Origin: a virus
Taxonomy: Duplodnaviria; Caudoviricetes
Direction: 5' to 3' (one strand)
Virus record (IMG/VR): IMGVR_UViG_2700989099_000001
Span: 1-64,000 of that record
DNA: 64,000 nucleotides
This document shows, in pieces, positions 11,193 to 23,292 of this stretch. Below the pieces are notes generated by a model. The model saw nothing but the letters and a program-made list of their open reading frames with translations, ran no database searches and had not been told where the DNA came from. The stretch's first letter is position 1; each line of letters starts with the position of its first letter. Position numbers and translations under genes: made by a program.

Positions 11193-13630
11193 GTGGAGAT
11201 ATTGAAACATAATGAAAATAAGGAACAACATAAATTTACCATTCCAAAAGACATTGTAAGTCAATTAAACAATATAAATGCAAGTGAGTATGAAAGCCTC
11301 GTTGATAGATTTATAGAGGACTATGAAGATTATTCTTTGTCAGAAAAATTAATTGAATTTAGTTCGAAGAATCAATATAATTATCATCTGTGTATTTTAT
11401 ATCTCGTAGGAGAAGAACTTGGAAAACGAATGGTTGAGGTGGTGGAATGAGTGAGAAAAAATATTATGTGAAATTGAAATCTCCTAATGAACATAGAGGT
11501 ATATGGTGGTGTGGAGATAGAGCCGAATGGCAATCATATAGTGATGACCCTGTATATGGAGAAGAGTTGGATGATTGGGGAGGGAGAGAAGTAATCGGTT
11601 GGAAAGTTTCTGAATTTATACCATCTTTCACAAAGTCAGAACTTGCTGAAATCATGGGCGGTGCGATTTATCATGTAGTTACTGAGGAGTGGGGGTGTGG
11701 CGGAGGGTTCTATGAACCTAGAGAGTGGAAGAACCCACTCATTGAGCTTGTACCTATGGAGGACGGATAATGAAAATTGATTTATCAGAACTTGAGAGAA
11801 AGTTAAGCTGTGGAGTAAATTTGACTATCAAAGAATCAACTATTTTGCTTGAAAGCATGGAAGGTTTTATTGATGATAAAATAGAATTACAAGAACAGCT
11901 TAACACTGCGAAAAAGAATATTGAGCATGCTATTGGAACGATTAAACACGATGGGCATTTAGGAACTATTCAAACAGACTGGATTTTGCCTGATTTAGAA
12001 AAAGCTCTAACAGAGATTGAAATTGAAGGGGGCGGAGATGAGTGAAGAAATTCAAGGTTGGAGAGATATTATCCAACAAAACGGGAAAAGAGTTCAACCC
12101 CAGCTCACGATTTCGAAAAGCATTGCGGATTTATTGGATGAAATTCCAAACGAAGCTAAAGAATATGTTAGAGTAAATGATTTTGGTGAGTATTCTGTTT
12201 TAGATGATTTTGTGGAATTACGAGAATTTTATGAAGCTGATGAAGATGAGATATTTCCTAAATTCATGGAATTAAAAGATTTTGTAAAAGATAATTTGAA
12301 TCTATGTGTAGCTTATCTCGCAGGCAAAGCCCTCGGAGTTGATTTAGTGAAAGTGGGGGAAGAATGAAAATTGAATTAGAAACAAGACCTTGCTTGGTAA
12401 CTTTTAGTAGTAAAAAGCAGGTTAAAGGAACTTTTATGGGACTATTTCAGCATTCGTATACTCATGGAGATTCACCAATGGCTGGTGGATTTAAAGCAGG
12501 AACTGTAGCTTATCCTATTGCTATTGTAGAAATCAATGGGAAAATGTCAGAAGTACGAATTAGTCAGATTGAATTTCTTGATGTCGCAAAAAGTGAGGTC
12601 TCAGAATGACCGATAAACTAATATCGCTGTAAAGGAGAGAGCAATGAAAGTATATGTTTTAACCGCAGATACCTATGAAAGTTATGGTGCACAAATAGAA
12701 CTTTTCGGAGTATTCACAACCGAAGAAAAAGCTGAAAAGCGAGCTAGTGAAATGAAATTAGATTGTCCTGATATTTCTGTTGTGAATGTTGATGAAAATG
12801 ATGTACAAGGCTACTTAGGAGGATATATTGAATGAAAGATACGGAAAAAACTTTAATAGTGGTCATGGGCATTAGTTGTTCACTTATTACATAGTTTGGA
12901 GGAGTTATCTGATGAAATATATAAAGTTTGTTAAATGGGAAGATGGAGGAGTAACCCATACAACTTACAATTTTTCCATTGAGAGAATTATTGATATAAT
13001 GAAAAATGATTTGAATTATGATATAGTTGTCTCTACTTGGTTAGAAGATGAAAACGGTAAAGAGTTAGCTTATTTTGATAAACATACTAAAATAACTAAA
13101 GAGGGAGAAAACATGAAAAAAGCAACAAAAGAAGAATTATTTAAAAACATTAATCGAAGATTATTAGTTCCAAGAGGTGATATTAAGGCGGTTTTAGATT
13201 TACTAGAAGAAGAAGAATATATTAAGTTTAAAAAAGAACCTAAAGAACCTAACGGATATAAAGTGTTCGTTAAAACAGTTATCACCTACGAAGGAGTCAA
13301 AGACCTTTACTATGTAACGGATTCTATTTATACCGATAATATTGACGAAGCCAAGCTCTTTGACCTTGATGAAGAAAAAGACGGTTATGCTTATGAAATC
13401 GTAAAGGAGGAATAATGAAATTAATTAAAGCATTTTTGATATCTATTAGCATTGTTTTGTCAATCGTGGCTCTAATCTCAATACTTGCTATGATACATTA
13501 TTTTCTTGGGTTTATTTGGTTTTTAGTTGCTGATGCAGTGATAATGATAGTAGTATATACTTATCTGATTTACTCATCAATGAGAGATAAAGAAAAATTG
13601 GAAAAAGAATTAGAGGAGTTGGAAAAATGA
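11193..13630 (+). CDS. Run of small hypothetical ORFs of the type found in lactococcal temperate phages (11193, 11447, 11770, 12038, 12364, 12644, ~12912, 13415)
   Basis: Translationally coupled ORFs with motifs LQEQLNTAKK, QPQLTI.KSIAD, YLAGKALGVDLVKV. Confidence 0.6.
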
Positions 13631-14280
13631 CTGAATTTGAAGAAGATTTAAACCGAAGAATGGATTTAAAGGAAGTTCCGATGTATTTTACCCAATCTGG
13701 TTGTTCTATGACTAGAAAAACATATATTGAAACGAGTTGGATTTTTGATACATATAAAAACTGGCGCTCAGATGAAGCGTTTCAAAAAATGGTGGAGCTT
13801 GGAGGGAGCTATGTTTTAGCAAATAAAAATCTTATTGATGACAATACAAAGTTAGTGAAAGAAATCGCTGATTTAAAATCTCAGTTAGAACATCAAGACT
13901 TGCCAGTAGTTAAAGATTTTGTTGCTAAGTGGATTGAATATATAAAAGAAAAAGATAACAATGCTAGAGGATTATTGACTGACTTAGATAATATGCCAGA
14001 TGATGTTACTGAGTGGCTTTTCTCTCAGGAAAATGATGACAATATCAACTTGATTCTTCGTGCATGGCTAGACGGCTACACAGTCGAAAAACCGCAGATG
14101 TTCTATTTGAGGAATAAACTGACAGGAATGTATCTATACAAGAAACCTCTTGGTGGATATGGGGAAGAACCTGCTAGTTCTATTAAAAATCTAACTGATG
14201 ATTTTAAGTTCACCCAAAAAGAAATTGATGGAATGGATGTTCAAAGCTATGAGAAAAAAGATGAATATAAAGGAGAATAA
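13627..14280 (+). CDS. DUF1642-domain phage protein
   Basis: LPVVKDFVAKWIE...LRAWLDGYTVEKPQMFYL...KFTQKEI pattern. Confidence 0.75.
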   Translation: MTEFEEDLNRRMDLKEVPMYFTQSGCSMTRKTYIETSWIFDTYKNWRSDEAFQKMVELGGSYVLANKNLIDDNTKLVKEIADLKSQLEHQDLPVVKDFVAKWIEYIKEKDNNARGLLTDLDNMPDDVTEWLFSQENDDNINLILRAWLDGYTVEKPQMFYLRNKLTGMYLYKKPLGGYGEEPASSIKNLTDDFKFTQKEIDGMDVQSYEKKDEYKGE

Positions 14281-14283
14281 GAA

Positions 14284-15237
14284 ATGGTAAAAGCATTAAG
14301 CAAAAGAGATTTTGTATCAAGTTTAAAAGAAATTATAAAAGTCAGTGAAAATAAGAATTATTCAGACAAACTTAAAGATAAAATGTTTGAGAATTTTGTA
14401 GAAGAATATGCGCCAGAAGAAAGAGAGATGTTTGAGATTCAAGATATGAATACTGGTGAATATATCGTAAAAGTAGAAGAAGGTCAAGAGTTCCCATTCG
14501 CATCTGTTAGTGAAAGAGAGTTTATAAATATGGAAGATGAAGATAAATACTTCTCTGGACATGAACTTCAATTTATTAATAATGGCTCTTATAAAACAAC
14601 AGGAGTTGGAAAGTGGTAGTATGAAATATTATTATGTCAAATTAAGAGATAAAGATATTGGAAGCCGTGGTCTTGCTAGTCTATTCAATGGATGGGAAGT
14701 CTATGACGGATTAGATGAATTGAATTGGTTTAGTAGAGAAGAGTTGACTAAATTATACGATGGAGATTTATATAAAGAGTGTTCGTGTCTTCCTTTTACG
14801 TGGTTACGTAGTGCAGATGAATTAAAAGAAATGTTAGGTTGGGAGTATGATGAAGACTCAGATGTCTTTATTTGGACAAACCCTCTAATTAAATTAGTAG
14901 AAAAGGAAGATTAAATATGACGCTAGGACAAATTGTTATTGTTATCATTGTAGGAATGCTTTTAGCTTTTCTCTTGATGCAGATTGTTGGATACGAAGCA
15001 ACGATTAAAGATTTAGAGGAAGATTTATACTTCGCACGTAATCAAGAATTACTTGATTTGAAAGATTTTGATGATAGTCAACATCTTGGAACAAGTGATG
15101 GTGTTATTGAGGCAAATAATTTTAATATTGGTTCATTCTTTATTGATAATCATAGTCGAGTGGTATGGAGAGTGATTGAGAATCATAAAGGAAAGAAAGT
15201 ATTTCACGCTAGTGGGATTGTAGAGACAGAGGATTGA
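14284..15237 (+). CDS. Three hypothetical ORFs (14284-14619, ~14621-14914, 14917-15237)
   Basis: Contiguous ORFs with RBS. Confidence 0.6.
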
Positions 15238-15358
15238 CATATGGACACGTTGACTAAATTAAAAATGTTATCTGATAAGTTAGATAACCCAATCTTTGTT
15301 AATAAATTTTCTAAAGACTTTGAAGAGTTTTTAGAAATAAAAAATAATAATAAAAAAT

Positions 15359-15384
15359 AGCACTCCGAAAAGGATGCTTTTTTT
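15359..15384 (+). terminator. Rho-independent terminator ending the left + strand block
   Basis: AGCACTCC-GAAAA-GGATGCT hairpin plus T-run. Confidence 0.65.
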
Positions 15385-15686
15385 GTTTGCCTTAATTAAT
15401 TGACAGCTTTCTTTTCATCTCATGAAAATTAATTAGAAACAAAGAATATTCTCAATATGTGTTAAGCGTTGGTATATATGGGCTTAAAAAGAATAGCAAT
15501 GAGAGGTTTTGGATTATTTTGATAGATAATGAGTATGTTTTAGTATAAAATTGACATGTAAAGCGTTGTTTTAGTAGGGTTTCTGGCTATTTTTGTAGCG
15601 TTTTGAGGTGTTTTTAAGGTACTTTTATGGGTATATTACGTTTTACTTGTGCTTTAAAATGAGGGAAATATGAGTATATGAGAGAG

Positions 15687-15777
15687 TTATTCACAGCGAT
15701 TATTGTCCGTTTCATTATGAGGTTTATTAAAGACTGTGGAAAACTTATTAACATCATGTGGAAAACTATGTGGATAA
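15687..15777. promoter_or_regulatory. DnaA-box cluster (left)
   Basis: TTATTCACA 15687, TGTGGAAAA 15735 and 15757, TTATTAACA 15745, TGTGGATAA 15769 versus consensus TTATNCACA. Confidence 0.6.
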
Positions 15778-15851
15778 CTTTATTTTATTTCACTCAGTGA
15801 ACATGAGAAAAAAATGAGAGTTAGTCAAAAAAGAGCACATAAAAAATATGC

Positions 15852-15885
15852 GATTAGAGTAGATTAGAGTGGATTAGAGTAGATT
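15852..15885 (+). repeat. Tandem 10-bp repeat GATTAGAGTR x3.4
   Basis: gattagagta gattagagtg gattagagta gatt. Confidence 0.85.
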
Positions 15886-15897
15886 TGGTGGAAACCT

Positions 15898-16620
15898 TAG
15901 GGGGTGGGGATTAGGATTTTTGGGGTGGAAAGTTGGGGAGATTTTGAGTGGATTGGGAGTGGGGATGGGGTTAGGATGTGGGGAATATTGATGGTTTGTG
16001 GGGTGGAAATGGAGGGTGATTTGAGAGGGGTGGTTTGTTAAAAAAGATGTGAGAGAGATGGTGGGGTAGGGTTGGGTGAATCTTGAAATAGTAGCGTGGT
16101 GTAAGTGGTAAGAGGTTTTTGGGGTTTTTGATTTCCTGATTTTGGTAGAAACCCACCCCCCTATTTTTTAAAGTGGCATATAATCAGAATTATAAACCGC
16201 CTGCATATATTTTTTTCTACCCCTGTTTTTTCAAATTATCGTCAGCCCCCTCCAATAAAAAAACATGATGTCAAATTTTTGTAAGCCCTATGAAAGCACT
16301 TTCAAAATTAAAAAATCTTTTCTAATAATTCTATCATTTTTCTTGGTTATATTTTTTCGATTTTATAACCTAAAGTGAAATGTCAGTCTCTGACATTCCT
16401 TGTTTAGTTGGGCGCTATTTGATTACAACCACAACCCAACCCACACACAACCACCCAACCCAAACCCTTCCACCTTTTCCCACTCTCTCACACCCTTCAC
16501 ACCCTCCTTTTCCCTACAACCACCCAACCCAAAAATCTAAACAGACCCACAAGTCCAACCTCACACCCCAAAAACACAAACCAAACAAACCAAACCAACC
16601 AACAACCCCACAAAAAAACT
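15898..16620. other. Facing G-rich (15898-16125) and C-rich (16424-16620) strand-asymmetric tracts
   Basis: About 200 nt almost without C, then about 200 nt almost without G, with many G3-G5 and C3-C4 runs. Confidence 0.8.
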
Positions 16621-16739
16621 TTTTTATTTTTAAAAAATGATTTTTTCTTTTCTCTATTCTCGTTTATCTATCACGCTACAACCCTATCACTCTCTTACCT
16701 GCTTACCTCCTTACCTCATCAGCCTAACCACTGAAGCCT

Positions 16740-16792
16740 TAACATAACATCATAACATAACATCATAACATAACAATAAACAAATAAACAAA
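16740..16792 (+). repeat. Short tandem repeats (TAACA/TAACATCA, then AATAAACA)
   Basis: taacataacatcataacataacatcataacataacaataaacaaataaacaaa. Confidence 0.75.
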
Positions 16793-16864
16793 GAAAGGCA
16801 AAGCCTCAAGCCTTACCTTATCTCTCTATCATCTTATATCATGATAACAATTGCTATTGCTATT

Positions 16865-17386
16865 CTATCCCTTTACCTCTGCTATGTCCTTGCTATCCAT
16901 GCCAAACCATAACGGCTTATCATTGTACGTATAACGTACCATGTTACTATATATCTCACTCCCTCGATAGTCCCATAACTCCATTTCTATTGTCCAATCG
17001 TCGCGACTGTCATTATTATCACACAATTCTTTGAGCTTGCTTTCCATTTCCTCGATAGACATCTCACTATCCCAAGTTATAACAATGTGGTCTGTGTCGA
17101 AATTGTACCACCTCGGACTGTAAAGGCTATCAACTCGAAACAGTCCCGAACTATCTAGCTCATTCCCTAACATTTCGCAATATAATTCCCCAATCGCTTC
17201 AAGATATTCATTTGTATCAATTGAAACCCCTATATCATTCCAATCAACCCCCAACATATCAGCCAATTCCATAACCTCATCTATATCTTGATTATCATTA
17301 AGCCATATTGTTTCATACATTCCACTAAACAACCCTAACTCTGTTACATCAATAGTAATCTGATTATATTGTTTTGTCTTTTCCAT
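16865..17386 (-). CDS. Hypothetical acidic early-type protein
   Basis: 173 aa, D/E rich, AAGGA RBS, own promoter at 17464-17492 (-). Confidence 0.8.
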   Translation of the reverse strand: MEKTKQYNQITIDVTELGLFSGMYETIWLNDNQDIDEVMELADMLGVDWNDIGVSIDTNEYLEAIGELYCEMLGNELDSSGLFRVDSLYSPRWYNFDTDHIVITWDSEMSIEEMESKLKELCDNNDSRDDWTIEMELWDYRGSEIYSNMVRYTYNDKPLWFGMDSKDIAEVKG

Positions 17387-18082
17387 TTTGTTATTTCCTT
17401 TTCTGTTTTTGCTTTTTGTTATTTGCTCTTTAAGGTTTCCTTATTCCCTTACCTTATATATACATTATACACCAATAAGCATAACGTGTCAAGGATAAAC
17501 ACCTCTATTATATTACAAGACTATAACAATAGCAATAACATTATATATCTATATTATTATATATATATAACATTATATAGTTATATATAAGCAGTCATCT
17601 ATAGCACTATACAACCATAGCACGACACGCAAGCTATACAACCATAGCTATATAAGCCTCTTATAAGCTATTATAAGGCTATAATATAGTACAATATAAC
17701 ACAAAAGAAAAGCCCTATTTTTTAATAAGGCTTTTTATATTTCTTTTTTTATCCTGTTATTTTCAAAAGAATTATGCTTTTTTATTGGTAATGATATTCC
17801 TATTAGCGTCAATCCCTTGTATAATTAAATCGTTAGGGATATCCCAATTTTTTCTTTTTGTTTCGTAAAATCTGAAAGGGTCTAAACCTGATTTATAAAA
17901 TTCTTTATTTAAATTTTCTTGTTCTTTAATTGTCAATCTTTTTTTCATGTTTTTGTTCTCTCTTTCTTAACTCTATATATATATTATAATCTATTCTTAT
18001 CTAATTGTCAAGAATTAAACGCTGTTTTTATATTACATTATTGTAACAATAAAAGCACTTTTTAAGTGCTTTTATATTTCTA

Positions 18083-18472
18083 TTATTTTTCTGATTCAAT
18101 TAGTTCATTGATTTCATCAGTCAATTCTTTCAATAGTTCATCATCATCAAGCGAACCGCTATTATTTTGAATTGTTTCAAGTTCTTCAATTGTTTCCCAA
18201 CCGATAATATAAAATAACATATTAGAAACGTGTTCAGGGTTTGCCAAGTCGGTAGAACATTCCCCAAAGTTTTCAATTTCCCAATTATGGACTTTTTCAA
18301 TTGCTTCAAAAGTTCCATAATTTTCAAGTGCTTTTTTAGCTTCATACGTTCCGATAATATAATAATCTCTATTAAATACTTCATCAAACAAATCATGAAG
18401 TTCGCCTGTGTATCCGTCTTCTAATACTTCTAAAATACTTTCGAGTGCTTCGAGTTTTGTAAATTTTTCCAT
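18083..18472 (-). CDS. Highly acidic early-type protein (DNA-mimic candidate)
   Basis: 34 D/E versus 8 K/R in 129 aa by my count; own promoter 18509-18537 (-). Confidence 0.75.
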   Translation of the reverse strand: MEKFTKLEALESILEVLEDGYTGELHDLFDEVFNRDYYIIGTYEAKKALENYGTFEAIEKVHNWEIENFGECSTDLANPEHVSNMLFYIIGWETIEELETIQNNSGSLDDDELLKELTDEINELIESEK

Positions 18473-18547
18473 TTTTTGTGCTCTTTTCTTTCTTTATTTG
18501 ATATATTAATTATAATATAATTTTATTTACTTGTCAAGGATAAACTA

Positions 18548-20124
18548 CTATTTTTTTAAAAAATTTTTTAATTCTTTAATTAATAAATTTTTATTTTTTA
18601 CATTTAAATCAGTATAAAAGCTAAAACCGATTTTATTTATAACCATTTTTAAAACTGTTTTCACTCTATCATTATATATAAATTTTATTAAATCTTTTAA
18701 GCCTTCACTTTCTAAAGCGTTAAATTTTCGCCCCCTGTCTTTTGCATAACTATCTAATAAAATAATTGGATAATATTTTGACAGTTCTAAAATATCACTA
18801 TCAGTTAAAATATCATCATAGATATTTTTTAAAACATCATCAATTATTTTATTTTTTTCTTTTTCCATTTCCTCAAAAATATCAAGTATAATATTTTTAT
18901 CATTAAAAAATTTTTCCATTCCACTACCTCACAAAATTCCAAGTTTCATTTTTTGAGTGTTTTCATGAATTAATTGAACCATTTGAGAATTAATTTTTTG
19001 CGCTTTTTCAGTCCAACCTATAAAGATACAAAACTCTTTTTCTATTTTCAACTCATTCATTACTTTTCTAAATTCTGACATTTTTTTATTTTCCTTTTTC
19101 TTTCTTTCTTTTTTTTATCAATGCTCTGTCAAGTAAAATTCTTGATACGCGTCGGCGTTGTCATAAGTCAACCCTTGTACTGTATAAAGTTCGTTCGCTG
19201 TTAAATTTTTATGCTCTTTTACAAATTTGTCAAGTTTTTTGATTTGTTTTTCTTGATAGATTCCAGGCAATTCCGTGTAATGGTCTAAGCTTGCGATTCT
19301 TTCGCTTTCATGCCGTAAGCTTGTAACTTCATTTTGGAAAGCTTTTTCTTGTGTGGTTTGTGTTTTCGTTCCAACAAACAAACCAATGCTAAAAGCTAAA
19401 ATAATTGTAATGGTTGCGACTGTGATTTTAAGTGATTTTTTCATTTCTTTTGCTCTTTTCTTTATTTGATAATATCATTATAAGATATATTTTTTAATTT
19501 GTCAACTATTTAAATTTTATAATTGTGTTAATTAAATATTACAAATCAATCTCAATCAATGTTACTCTATCCATTTCAAAATTTTCATCATCTAAACCAT
19601 TTTTAGAAATATAATTTCTAAAATCATTTTTATTTTTTACATTTAAATTTGTTATATCATAGGCAACTAAATCTAAACCATTCGGACAAATTTCTTCTTC
19701 AATGAAAAGTATATTTTCATTATTATATTTTTCTTTTAAATATTTTTCATTTTCTAAGTTACGTTTTTTCATTTTTATGTTTCCTTTGCTCTTTCTATAT
19801 AACCATTATAAGTTATTATTTTCTGTTTGTCAAGTATTTAAATTTTAAATTTTAAAAAATATAATGCTCTTTAGGTATTTGATTTTTTTCAAACCATGAA
19901 AGCGCAACCTCAGTTACTTTTTTATTATCCATATTATAATAAATATCATAATATTCTAACTCTGTAAAATCATCATATTTTATACAACTTTTTAATTCTT
20001 CTAAAAAGTCACTTGTGACGTCCCCTAGATAATTATCTGAAAGCGTTATTCTTTTTAGTTCTTTTATGTTTGACGCTATTTTTTTAGGTTTATTAAAACC
20101 ATTATAGAAATAAAAATTTTTCAT
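18548..20124 (-). CDS. Small early-type ORFs (18548-18919, 19118-19444 with signal/TM segment, 19539-19772, 19852-20124)
   Basis: ORFs preceded by RBS and by TTGACA-17-TATAAT promoters at 19477-19505 and 19805-19833 (-). Confidence 0.65.
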
Positions 20125-20140
20125 TTTTAAAGCTCCTTTT

Positions 20141-20281
20141 TTATTTGATATATTCTTGTTTCATTGTTGCCCAACCGTCAGCAGTTTCAAAAACTGAAAT
20201 TTTTAAGATACCTTTTTCAGTTTCTCTATAAGTGAACGTGCCTTTTGTACCGTCTTGGTATTTAACTGTTTTTGTTTGCAT
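20141..20281 (-). CDS. 46-aa hypothetical protein (MQTKTVKYQDGTKG...), below the ORF-track cutoff
   Basis: AAGGAGCT RBS; TTGACT/TAAAAT promoter; shares the MQTKT start with ORF 20867-21121. Confidence 0.6.
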   Translation of the reverse strand: MQTKTVKYQDGTKGTFTYRETEKGILKISVFETADGWATMKQEYIK

Positions 20282-20866
20282 TTTCTTAGCTCCTTTACTT
20301 GATAAACCTATTTTAAACTATTAATTTAAAAAAGTCAAGTAAAAACTTTCAAAAAATCAATTTTTTTTACTAAAAAACATAAAAAAACGCTTTTAAAGCC
20401 CTTAATTTTTTGATATGCCTTTATATGCTCATATTTTGCATTTTAAGCGCTTTTAGTTCTTTTGCTTATATCTATATCAGATTTTATCTAATCGTTAAAT
20501 TTAAGATTTTAGCAATAAAAAATAATAAAATTGTAATATAAAAAATCTTGATTTTTAATTTTAATTGTGATTCATAAAAAGACACAAAACACAATAAAAA
20601 AAAAACGCTTTTAGCGTTTTAATTAATTATTTTATATCGTTTTTCACTTAGAAACTGTTTTAAAATTTCTTTATAAGTTATTTTTAAAGCTGTTTCATAA
20701 TCTGGATAATAATTTTTATAATCGCTTTCCACCTGGTGCTACATTTTCAGCTCTATATTTACACTCTGAGAGAATTTCTTTTTTAACCTCCTCAAGTGTC
20801 ATATTTTCAAAAATTTCACTGTCATTGTGCCATGTGTCAAAAACTTCTATTTTCATTTTTAGCTCC

Positions 20867-21121
20867 TTAATTTCCATACCATTCTTCAAGTTCTTTTTTA
20901 GCTCCGACTTTAAAGCCATTTTGATATAAAAAGTCATTGATATGCCTTACTGTGGTACGGCTATAAGTACCGAAAATTTTTGCTTTACCGTCTCTAATTT
21001 CTGCTACCTCGGTATCATAAGAAAGTAGTGTAATAGTGCCGTTTTCTGTTACTGTATAGGCTTTTTTATAAAAGCTTTTTCTTGAGTCGATAACTGGTTT
21101 GAGTTCTGTTTTTGTTTGCAT
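20867..21121 (-). CDS. Small phage early-type protein
   Basis: SRKSFYKKA...LLSYDTEVA...YSRTTVRHINDF; AAGGAGCT RBS; promoter 21153-21181 (-). Confidence 0.75.
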   Translation of the reverse strand: MQTKTELKPVIDSRKSFYKKAYTVTENGTITLLSYDTEVAEIRDGKAKIFGTYSRTTVRHINDFLYQNGFKVGAKKELEEWYGN

Positions 21122-21177
21122 TTTTGTAGCTCCTTAATTTATTTTATACTTTATTATAACTAATTGTTTTTAATTTG

Positions 21178-23092
21178 TCAAATGTTTTGTTTTAAAATTC
21201 TTTTGCGCTCTTGTAATAATTCTATTTCATCATTTTCAAGGGCGGTTTGGTCATCATCTGTAAAATACCACTCAAGAAAATAATAAATTAAATCATCATC
21301 AGATAATTTTCTAAAGTCCATTTCATTTTCTGGTTGACCTTGGAAAGCTTCATCTTTTTGCATACTTTCAAGCCATGAAATGGTTCTATCTTTTGCGTAT
21401 TTGTTTAATTTCATTTTTTTATTCTCCTTATTTCTTTGATAATTCTATGATATCAAATTATTTTTAATTTGTCAACTATAAAGATTTTATAATATCATTT
21501 TTTAATAGCTCACTTGTCATTTTACAATACATTAAACAACTTTCAAGGCTTTCAAATTTTAAAGACTGTAAAAAATAACGGTATGTATTAAATTTTTTTA
21601 TAAAAATTAAATCATTTTCGATTTTATGATAGATTCCAATATAATAAAAATTATCAAGTTTATCATAAAATTCTCTGAAAATAATATTTTTCTTTTTATA
21701 CTTAAAATCAAAATGAAAATTTTCGATATAAATAAATTCATTTTCATTTTTTAGTTTTTGCAAGTTGTAACCCCCTTTACATGTTATTAATTACTAAAAT
21801 TTTAAAGGCTATAACAGCAAACAGTGCAAGCCCTAAAAATAAAGTACCTGCCAAGCTTCCACCGTTTACAATGTTATTATGTTTCTTGTTCATTTTTTAA
21901 CTCCTTATTTTATGTTATAACTTATTTTAGCATACTTTTTTGAAATTGTAAAGTATTAAGCACTAAAAAAAGAAAACTTTTTCTAGTTTTCTTTCTCAGT
22001 AGTTTTTTAATATTTGATAAAATTTTCATCAAAATCAAACGATTTTGCAACGTCTTTCACTGCCTTGCGTGTCAAGCCCTCACCGTGTGACTTGCGAGCT
22101 ACAACGCCTTTTGTGCTTGCTGATTCACTGATTAATAAATAAATAGAGCCGTCTAACATTTCAATATATTGGAAAACTAAGGCACTTCCATAAGTATTTA
22201 ATCGGCTTTTTACATAAAATGATTTTTCTTGATTCACTTTTAAAGGGTCAAGATAATCTGTGTTATTGCTATAAGCGTGTTTTTTAGAGATTTGTTTTAA
22301 GATGTTTTGTGTTTTCATGTTTTTTTTGTTCTTCTTTCTTTATTTGATAAATTAATTATATCATTAATTTTTTTATTTGTCAACTATTAAATGTTATTTT
22401 TTTTTTTTTTTTAGATATATAAATTTTCTAAAAATTCCGCAATTTCTTCGGCTGTTTCCTCAAGTCCATACCATTCAAAAAATGTTGAATTTGTCAAAAC
22501 TGAAATTCTTTTATTTTTATAACCTTTTTTTGTTGTGACGTTAACGTTAAAAGAAATTTGATTCCCTTCCATGCTGTTAAAATCAAACTGACTGAATTGA
22601 GTGACTTTTATTGATTCCACTATTTTATTTTCTGTTAAATAGTTGATAACTGCTTTTAATGAAAAGTATTTTTTGCTCATGTTTTTAGCTCCTTAATTTC
22701 TATAAGTCTATTATATAATAAGTCAGGGCTTTTTGCAAGCCCTAACTTTATTAAATTTCTGTTACAAAATCTTTTCTAAGAAATTTCAAAATTTCTTCTT
22801 CTGTTAATATAACCATGTTACTACGGTAATTATAACGGTAGTCAATTGTTTTAGTTTCTTCTTTATACTTTCCATTTCCTAGCGCTTTAAAAAACTTAAT
22901 TGTTAAAACGTTACGACAAATTTTTAATAAAATTCTATTGCCATAAGTTGAGCGCTTTTCAATAGGCAAACCTATGTATAAATCAAAATCGGGATTTTGA
23001 ATTGTGTGTATATCAATGTTTTCAATACCTTGAATTTTGCTAGTAATTTTAATACCTTGCGTGAGTGCTTTATAAAAATCTTTCTTATTCAT
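21178..23092 (-). CDS. Small early-type ORFs (21178-21414, 21476-21763, 22007-22318, 22411-22680, 22751-23092)
   Basis: Most have an RBS (often AAGGAGCTAAA) and an individual sigma-A promoter (e.g. 21447-21475, 22355-22383). Confidence 0.7.
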
Positions 23093-23263
23093 TTGTTTAG
23101 CTCCTTTACTTTATGATTCTATTATATAACTTTCCATATTACATAACAAGTCATTTTATATTAAAGTTTTGTAACAAAATTATGTGCCGTGCATTTTTTA
23201 TTTTTGTATTTATATAGTAGAAAATAGCTAAAAAGAAAAAAGCTAAAATATATATATAAATGT

Positions 23264-23292
23264 TTGACAAATTTATAAAATAATGATATAAT
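23264..23292 (+). promoter_or_regulatory. Consensus sigma-A promoter pointing into a 2-kb non-coding region
   Basis: TTGACA 23264-69, 17-bp spacer, TG-A-TATAAT 23284-92; no credible ORF downstream. Confidence 0.7.

Noticed and set aside
15971-16640. ORFs 15971-16156 (-) and 16380-16640 (+)
   Set aside because: P/H/T/Q-rich translations of the C-rich strands of low-complexity tracts; no RBS
17495-17700. TATA/CTATA-rich stretch with a 15-bp direct repeat CTATACAACCATAGC x2
   Set aside because: Real but short and low-complexity; no supportable function
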